Shown: positions 55,401 through 64,000 of the stretch, piece after piece
How positions within the stretch are numbered: the stretch's first letter is position 1
Layout: each line of letters starts with the position of its first letter
Assembly: GCA_964035545.1 (NCBI GenBank)
Contig: OZ037772.1
Location: 6,928,889 to 6,992,888 of the forward strand
Origin: Bugula neritina
Taxonomy: Eukaryota; Animalia; Bryozoa
Direction of reading: 5' to 3'
DNA length: 64,000 nucleotides
Position numbers and translations under genes: made by a program
The notes under the pieces: generated by a model
What the model saw: only the letters and a program-made list of their open reading frames with translations
What the model was told of the DNA's origin: nothing
The model's database searches: none

Positions 55401-55656
55401 GTTCTTCTCAATAACACTAGACAGTGAATAGATAATAATTTTGTTAAATTTTACCTTTGCAGTCATCTCCATCAATTTCACACTCAAAGCAAATCAGTTT
55501 ATCACATTTCTTGCAAGCTTTCATTAGAACCTCTTGATGATGTTCACATGTTGGTTTGTTATAAGTAGCAGGTGATCTCTTGTAGACATCAATGTCCACT
55601 ACCTTATGGGAATCACTATGAAGTGTCTTATGGACCTACAACAGTAAATGTGACAA

Positions 55657-57760
55657 CTATTTCACCCACCTCAAATGTACTCTATCTCTCAAGCCATTTT
55701 TATTACCCAAAGGTTTAACAGGAAAATTCTTTGCATTCACAAGTCTAGCCAAAAGCTTGCATTCAGTTTCAGAGTGCATGAAATTTGATCTTCTCAAAAA
55801 TTGGTCTACATGTAGCTGGTTGCAAGCCCAAGCCATTGCCAATGCTTTCTTTGCCAAACCATGGTCTTGTTCCCCTGTGATTAACAGCTTTGGTGCATAG
55901 AACACCGGCGGCTTTGTTTCATTATTTTGAATTTGGAATACAGTAGCTGCTAGTCCAGTGTTGCTAGCATCAGTGGCAACAATTGTTTTTCAGTTTGGGA
56001 TCATAGTGTGCTAAAACCTGAGGAGACATGAGTGTTTGCTTTTATTTTTGGAAAACTTTTTTGAGTTTAACTCTATGTTCAAAAAGTATTTCTTTTAGTA
56101 ACTCTCATGTAAGCTATGATTTTTGACATTTGGGTAGAAATTTAGCTAGCTGATTTAGCACTGATTTAATCCTGCTTTACATGTAGGAACTAAAAAATCC
56201 TGTATTGTTGTATCATTTGTTGAGTCCGAGCTGACTCTTTTAGCATATATAATGTAGCCTGAGAACTTCATTTCAGCTTGGCAAATCTTACATTTGTGTT
56301 CATCCTATTCGAGTCCTTCTTCTTCAAGTTTTCTTAAAACTAACCTCAATGTTTTAGCATAGCTTTCTGCATCCTAACCACAAACTAGAATATCATCAAT
56401 GTGACAGATAACATTCTCGATGCTTCTTAGTTAAATGCACATATCCCTGACAAAGATCTCTAGCTAACTAGATATGCCAAAAAGATCAGTCTTTTGAAAA
56501 AGAACAGGTCAAAAAAGTTGCAGAAGGTAGCCAGTTTTCCAAGTGTATTTGCCAAAACCAACCACTAGCTTCTAGCTATGAAAGATTTTACTGATTCCTA
56601 AGAGTTCTACACTTTCATCAACTTCTGGCATTGAATAGATTTCTATTAAAACAGTTTTATTTAAGTCAGTGAAGTCTACAAAAACTCTGACATTCTCTGA
56701 AGGTTTTAGAACACTGATCTATATTTTTCGGCACAAGAGATATAGTCCTTACTGTACAATATCATCTAGCTTTTTTCTGGTATTGCTTCGTAACAGAATT
56801 GTTATCTTTGTAAGAGTATCAATACTTGTAGGCCTATATGCTCTGAACTTGGTGATGTTTGATAAGAGTATCGTCTGCATATAACTCCTGAGGCCTTTGA
56901 ATAGCTTTGAGAAGCCTGCACAAGTGTCTTTGATTATTTCTCCTTGTTGTTTTACTTGACATTCTACTAGTCATTATAACTTCTGACCTGCAGTTCAACT
57001 GAGTAGAAACGTTGATTGATTATGAGGCAGGCTGTTTTTCTGTACTTTTCTTTTTAGCTTTAAAGATCTGCTTCAAAAGTATCCAGAATTTGTAGTTGCT
57101 TCTTTCGACTTTACATAAGCGGATTTGTGTAGTTTGTAGAGACATGGTAGACAGCCAAAGCAGCTTATCACTTATCACTGTGCCATCTGCACCCATAGTA
57201 GTAGGGTTGCCATTGACTGCTACTTTTCCTTTTCAAGCATTCAAGCATAGGCTTTTATTTTAACCTGCCCTGTAAACACTATACCTTCATCGACAACTGT
57301 TTTAGTAACCTCTCAAATTGATTTACTTCTGCACTGCTATCAGAAATGACCCATTTTCTTGCACTTTTGCATTGGCCATCTTTGGCTGGGCAATCTGCTT
57401 TGGAATGTGGTTATCTACTGCACTTCATCTTGGCTGTTTGTAGGCTTGTTAATTGGCAGCTAGACAGTACTTTTTTGCTTATTTGCATGACTTAACTTGT
57501 TTTGCTTATTTTAGGGTACATGTTTTGTGTTTCAGCTACACGCCATAAGCATGCTTTTTTGCCACAATTTGCATCATAGTTGGAATGAATTCAAAAATTC
57601 TACAAACCTGTACTGCCTGGTCGAGCGTCTGGTGTGTTTCTTTGAGAATATAACTTTTCCCTAAGAGAGTCATACCTGACCTCTAAAACAATTTGATCTC
57701 ACAGCAATTTATCAAAGGGTGCTGGCACCTTATTCGTGGTGTCGTGATTTTATGCTGCAC
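55657..57760 (-). mobile_element. Highly decayed Gypsy (Mag-like) gag-pol remnant
   Basis: Double zinc knuckle remnant (CPAKDGQCKKCKKMGHF), RT ICHIDDILVCG, RNase H IVATDASNTGL and KKALAMAWAC. Confidence 0.8.
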
Positions 57761-57769
57761 ACAGGATAG

Positions 57770-59340
57770 TTAAAGGCAACCTTTTAGCTGCAACTGCCTT
57801 GCTGAGGTTTGCATTGTAATCATATAAGAATTCAGTACCAGTAAAATAAAATCTCACCTAATTGTGCTAGAGTCAAAATTTAAAAACTATGTTGTAGATC
57901 TTCTTTTTCTCCAGTGTAAATTTTTTGGAAATTTCAATTTTCATTTTTTTTGCGAAGTTATAGACAAAAAACTGCCGAATTTTGGCCAATTTTGCCTGAA
58001 AAGCTGACTTTTCAGTACCAGTAAAATATCTCAGCAGCAAAGCATGATATCTGAATAAAAATTGCACTGCTGGAATCCTGAGATATTTCTCCAGTGTAAG
58101 TTTTTTTCTTTTTTCAATAACTCTGCTAGATTGCTCATAAATTGGTGATTTATACACTGAAAATGCCATATTTTCTCATAAGAAACTAGCAGCGCGCAGC
58201 ACTTCACGCTTCACTGAGCACGTAGGGATGAGAAGATATTGGCGCCTACATAATAATTACAGGCTAGCTAGCTGGCAGGTTATAATGAATAGCTTGCTTT
58301 GTACTTTGTTTATGTAGCACCAATAATGGAATGTTGATAGATAACGCAGCCCTAACAAAGGTTGCTGCTTATTGGTTGTAGTTTAATCTTAGGCTAAACA
58401 ATTACAAGTAGGCAACACTCATGCCACCCGCAGAGCAATATTATTCAAGAACCTGAACTACATTTTGAGAGAAATTTATGATATTCGTAGTGAGGATGCC
58501 CTTAACTATCCTGTGCAGGTAAATTACACTGTTAGTAGTTATGAGCATTTACTGCTTAAACATTTGACTCTTCCTGATAGAGATAGAAGATAAGCAAATA
58601 CATTTTTAAAGCACATATATTGTTAGCTTGCAACACATAAAAGGGCCCAAACCTGACCTTTTTCAGAAATGAGAAAAAATACATAGATATATAACTGATT
58701 ACTGGTAACTATCTTAGGTAGCATAAAATTAGTCTATCTGCCGGCGTGGGGCATTGCATCCTCATTTATATTCCTGCTTAGAATCTTCTGAGCACTCTTC
58801 TGAGTTGAAGTATATTATAGTCATGCCATCAAGTCGGTAGCCAATCAGGATAAAGTATGCATATATCACAGGGCTACATTTCAAACAGTATGATAGTAGA
58901 ATTAGATGAACTGTCAAATAGCACTCCGGGCTATTTGAAGAGCTATTACAGTGGATGCTTGAACCTACTTCACAATTCTTACAGTGAATCCCTAAATTCA
59001 CCACATACCTTACGGTCAAAAAGTATTTCTTTCAGTTCAGAAGAAAAGACATATAAATGAAACAAAAAAAGAAGATGTGATAACGCAACAAGAGGTGAAA
59101 TAAAAATGAAGAAAGTAAAAGAGAAACAAGATCCACACAAGTGGACAGGACCTGTAAAACGAACCATAAAAAAATGCAAATAACTTACCAAAGAGCCAAA
59201 AATTGCAAGAAAGAAAGTAAAAGGCACACTAGTACACGAGAAAAAAATCCTACTGACAATATTATGTAGTGTACAGCAACAACACTATAAAAAAGTTTGA
59301 AAGGAGCTTCATGACAATAAAATAATGCCCTTGAAGCTGT
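57770..59340. mobile_element. Unclassified repeat/transposon remnant with a ~180-bp internal duplication and a decayed K-rich coding segment
   Basis: TTCAGTACCAGTAAAATA at ~57831 and ~58011, TTTCTCCAGTGTAA at ~57906 and ~58086; broken plus-strand ORF pieces at 58857-59250. Confidence 0.4.
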
Positions 59341-60249
59341 AGATGCAGGAGCGGTGTCTACTGCATGAATGGCTTTATTGGTGGGGCTGGTGCATCATGC
59401 AGATGTGTTAACAGCTCCTAGTTGTCTTCAGACATGTCTTCTCAGTGCATAGGCACCATAGATGGATGAACTGGCCGCTTCAGCAGGTCGGAGCTATTCT
59501 CATCTGAGAAAAGAGTAGAAATATAAGATTACCGTTGCTGGTCGTTTACACTCGTCATCCCTGATTCAGAACTGTTACTTTAATCACACACTTTTTTTGT
59601 AGAAGACTATGTGGGACAATGAAAGTCTATTCAATTGATGTGGTGCAATCAAATTGATTTTTTTATCCAACAGCTCATCTGGGAGACCACTGACTTCCAG
59701 GTAGTCCCTGTCATGCCGTTGCCCAAACCCTTTCGATTCTATCGAATTGATGGAGGGGGAGGCTGTAAATTTGCTACTAAGTTATTCTTTCATAGAGAAA
59801 AAATAGTTTTACTAGTAGACTTACCCCCAACTGCCGCTGTAGTTTCAACCATGTCGCTGTTTGGGCTGGAATATAGAATGCCAAGTTATCTAAAGGTCGT
59901 GTTGCTCGTTTGACAGCTATGTACAATTGAAGAGGGCGCTTCACACGGGAATATGGCTGGCACAACCTTAACTTAAATAGTGATTTTTCCTTTACCCACA
60001 TTCAACACTAGCTGAATAATTATTTTAGCTAGTAGCGCAAATCCTAACTGCCTAATTCCAGATTGTTGTTTTGTTAATGTCTTGTTGCAGAAACTGACTG
60101 AAATTCCAGCCATCCATAATAAAAAAAGATTTAAGTAAGATGGACAACCTCTGCTGCGTTCACTAGATTGCAACGCTACTGGGAGAGCTGTAGTTGATGT
60201 TTCCACCACTACGTATGTTATCACCAGGATGCGGGAATCTACAATAGCT

Positions 60250-62560
60250 CTATCCTCCTCATTATTTTAAAGGGGCTCCACCGCATTGAAATTTGCAGTC
60301 GTGATAAATTGAACTATTGAAGAGGGATTTGACTGAAGCCAGATTTCTGGCTCAACCGCTTCTTCTTCCGGCTTCTTGGCGGTGAACTCGCACTCTGGGA
60401 CTAGGGCATTGGCCACAATTTGGGTTGATACATCAGAGAAAGTCAGAGCGTTAGTCCACCGCGTAAAGTGGTCAGTCAACACCAGGTGGTGAAGTACCGG
60501 CCATGTCCACACAACCAAGAGTATCTCACAACAAGCAGCCTTTGTCAGCCCATATCATGCTCACTGCTACTGAACACAGTCTTGCACTCTCAAAGTAACT
60601 GAACACTTGTTACTTGCACAGCCATCACAGGCATTCCTGTACAAGCCAACCAAGTTTCCATGCAGGGACCAGCCTGCTGCCATTTGTTGCGGGTTTCTCA
60701 AGGGATTTTTCCGCTGACTCCAGGGTAAGCCCCATATCTCCTTTAGCACGAGGTGAGATTTTCTTACTAGAAAACCAGTCAACAACTCCTTCGGCTTTGT
60801 GAATGGGCTCAAGCACTGCACCAGAGTTTTACCACGCTCGATCTAGGCTGTTTGCGAACTCCTTTATGCGCCCACTCCACGACTCCTAATTTGAAGATTT
60901 TCTAACAGTATTCTTTGCAGCAAACTGTAGCTTGAGGGCGCCCATAAATGTTACAGCACTGCACCACCTTCATTGCCCCTACCAGTGGTCTTCCATGCTT
61001 GTGTACACAAGCTAACTCTCACCTGGCCGCCATTGCTATCGACTTGCTAATGTCGATGTGGCACTAGTGATTCTTCATGAATGGCATCTCGAAGAGGGCA
61101 TCTTCTTTGAGCTGACTGACAATAAAGGATTCGTTGAATACCTGATCACGGACTCATACCGTCAGCTCCACTATCCCATAAAATGGGATGCATGAATCAT
61201 TGGCCAACATACCATGCCCATCATTGTATGGCTCCGGGCTAGCTTTGTTCTTTGCACTAAATATGTCAAAAAGATGCCTGCTCAGAAGGTTGGTAGTACA
61301 CTTAGTGTCCAACAGGAATGTAGCAGCTTTGCCTGAAATTTTGCCTGGCAAAAAGTAGCTGATTCTTGGATTGGAAGTTGGGTGCTCCTCGAGCGGCTGG
61401 TCTTCATAGTAAACACATCTTATGCGTTAAATATGAGCTGTCCCTGTGCTCGCAGGATGAGGGGAAGCCTCCGAGGTCTCGTTGTCAACCTCGTCTGCAC
61501 CTTTCTCCGCTAACTCTTCAAATCAATTCCTAAATAACCAAACTAGAGAATTTAGTATGCCTTGCAGCCTACCAACTTTTCTGGAGCCTAATACTCAGAC
61601 AAGGGAGGCATTGAGCTTTCATGAGCATGGGCCACATATTTTTATTGAAGGCGTCAACCAGGGCCCACGATTGAGAGAATTCAACTTGGACTGTTGTTTT
61701 ATATCTGCCTTCCAGCGCGGGGACAGCCCCGCCAGGCGTGTCCCTCACTGCCACACCCCCAACAGATGGAAGATGTCTCTGAGCAGAGATCGCCCGCAAC
61801 CATATAAGCCGCTCAGCTATTTTCATCTGCTTGAAGTGTTTTACTTTGGCTAGCAGCTTTCTCACTAAACCTGCCGTCAAGTCCGGTTTGGCGGTAGATT
61901 CTGGAACCGGCATAGCTGCAGCCACGTGAATTGGTGTAGCTGAGTTAAAGAGTAGCGGCCTATTCTCAGCCAATACCTCGTGTAGGGCATTGTCAGCTTA
62001 AAAACAGGCATTTCCCAGCCAAAACTCTCTCTCCATCGAGTCAACCTTTGTGACCATCAAGTGGTGCTTCAACTCAAATTGTCAGCCGTTTTGGAGAAAA
62101 GCTTCCAACACCAGTTCCCCACCTTCAAACTTTTATGGGCAGGATTCTGTATGCAATCTGCACCAGATGTTTCACTATGGTCACGTGCTCTCACAGGATG
62201 GCGCTTCAGCCCCTGCAGTTGAGCTCAGGCATCTTTCGCTATGAGTTAAAACCGGCTCTTGACACCTTGAAGATGCTGTCTACGTCAGCACTACTCCCAT
62301 AGAGTTTGGCCTGCTCTGTGAGACACAGTCATAGTTGTAGCAGAGCTACGCTAGTGGTATATACACATACAACCGCTCTTTTGCTAAACTTCGTTATAAG
62401 CTGCTCGGCATCTTCTTTACCACCGAAGGTAGCATCTCTCAAGCTGTACATGTACCTGGGTATTGCCCATCTATCATTTTGAACAGGAGCTTTAGGTGGG
62501 TCTGTGGCTGCAGCCTCCTCTATTGGGTAGGCGGCCTCTTCTTCTTGTGTGCCACCCGCC
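60250..62560 (-). mobile_element. Degenerate Gypsy element related to the 26370-28890 element (gag, protease, integrase fragment; RT deleted)
   Basis: gag TFGGKEDAEQLITKFS, protease YFLPGKISGKAATFLLDTKCTTNLLS, integrase LVLTDHFTRW. Confidence 0.85.
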
Positions 62561-62671
62561 CGGTTGTATAATTATGAATAATGTTTTCTAAAGTACATAT
62601 ACTGTTAGCTTGCGCCATAAAAAGGACCCAAGGCTGACCACTTTCAGAAGTGATAAAAAATACATATGTAC

Positions 62672-62831
<160 letters not shown>

Positions 62832-64000
62832 ATGAGTCAACATAACCAAACCTATAAAGTATATAAAAATTAATATTTGCAGTGGAGCGAAGAGGATGAG
62901 TTGAATGAAGGGGAGCGACTTGCCAATATTCTGGCCATAGATGTATATATAGACTATATATATAGTCACAGATCATTTCAACATTGTAGATGAGTCATTC
63001 TAGAGATGAAATTATAGTAAAAATATACCTGCTGATGTTGAGTACAGAACATATCTTCACACTTCACACAGTAGCATGTCGCTAGTTGACCTTGACATCC
63101 GATGGCTATACAATACAGGGTACCAGGTTGACCCGTTTCTATGGCAACATTTGGTAACTCTTCAACCTCTAATGAGTCGTACTCTTTCCTGTAACAGACT
63201 GATGGGTTTATTACAAGACCTTTAATCATTTTTGTGCAGGACAGAAGATGTGTTTAATAAAAATATATTATTTTCTTCAAATGATTCCTAGCTAAAACTT
63301 GATAGAATGGTTAATAGTAAATAATTTCTTTTTAAAAGTTTATAAGAGCATATTACTCATTCACAAGTAGGGCAGGTCACAGTTTTATGTTTACTGTAAT
63401 GTCCTTGAATACAAGTCAAACAGAATACATGCTGACAAGGCAGCTCTCTGGGATCTCTCATGTCATCTCTTTTACAGACACAATAACCACACTCATACCA
63501 TTCTGGTAGTTCCTGGGCAGCCATCTTTGATTGCTTTAAGAATGAAAATGTTTGAGGGACTTTATAAGGTATAAAGACATGTAGTATTGAAATGTTATAG
63601 CAATACTTGTACAGAATACAAAGGCAACTGTGTGTATAACAAGTTGTAAAATATGGATAAAAAACAGTTTTAAAGCACCTAAATTTTTATCTTGAGAGAA
63701 TCAAGTTCAATACTGTTTATGCATTTTCTAAAAGTTATCATCAAGTTCTAAACATCAGCATTTGGTTTCATTCTACATACTTATAGCACTCACCTCTGTG
63801 CCTTTTGGTGGGTCTTGTTTGTAATCAAGTTTGAACTCAAACCTTGGCAGTAGCCTAACTGTCTAGTAAGCAGTTTCATTTTTCAGTATTTTTGTAGCCT
63901 CTCTTCCAAATATTATATAGCGCCTTTACATAATCATGTTATTGTCTTTCAAGGTTTTGTAAGAGTGGTTATATTAACTTTTTGTAATTGGGCTAAGTAG

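Overview
AT-rich, intron-rich invertebrate animal DNA; the gene content resembles lophotrochozoans, but the species cannot be fixed from sequence alone. The backbone is a tandem cluster of four paralogous TRIM-like genes (RING, B-box1, B-box2, coiled coil, NHL-like beta-propeller) with a shared 7-coding-exon plan. Copy A (+) has its 5' exons outside the window, copy B (-) is frameshifted, copy C (-) is intact (592 aa) and copy D (-) has a mutated first donor. Their propeller exons are a patchwork of shared segments with variation concentrated at a few loop sites, suggesting an immune-type receptor array diversified by segmental gene conversion. Between A and B lie a 6-exon orphan gene (453 aa), a PDZ-only gene with a GC-AG intron, three type I hammerhead ribozymes in hairpin/inverted elements inside (TA)n tracts, and a decayed piggyBac. 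TRIM introns hold nested mobile DNA: a truncated Polinton/Maverick (pPolB, adenain, capsid proteins, GasderminX-like ORF, fibre-like repeat protein, TAAATG gene starts) apparently inside a Gypsy element, several other Gypsy remnants, and a 3.2-kb TIR element with a TATA target-site duplication. Gene models were spliced and translated by hand; no searches were run.
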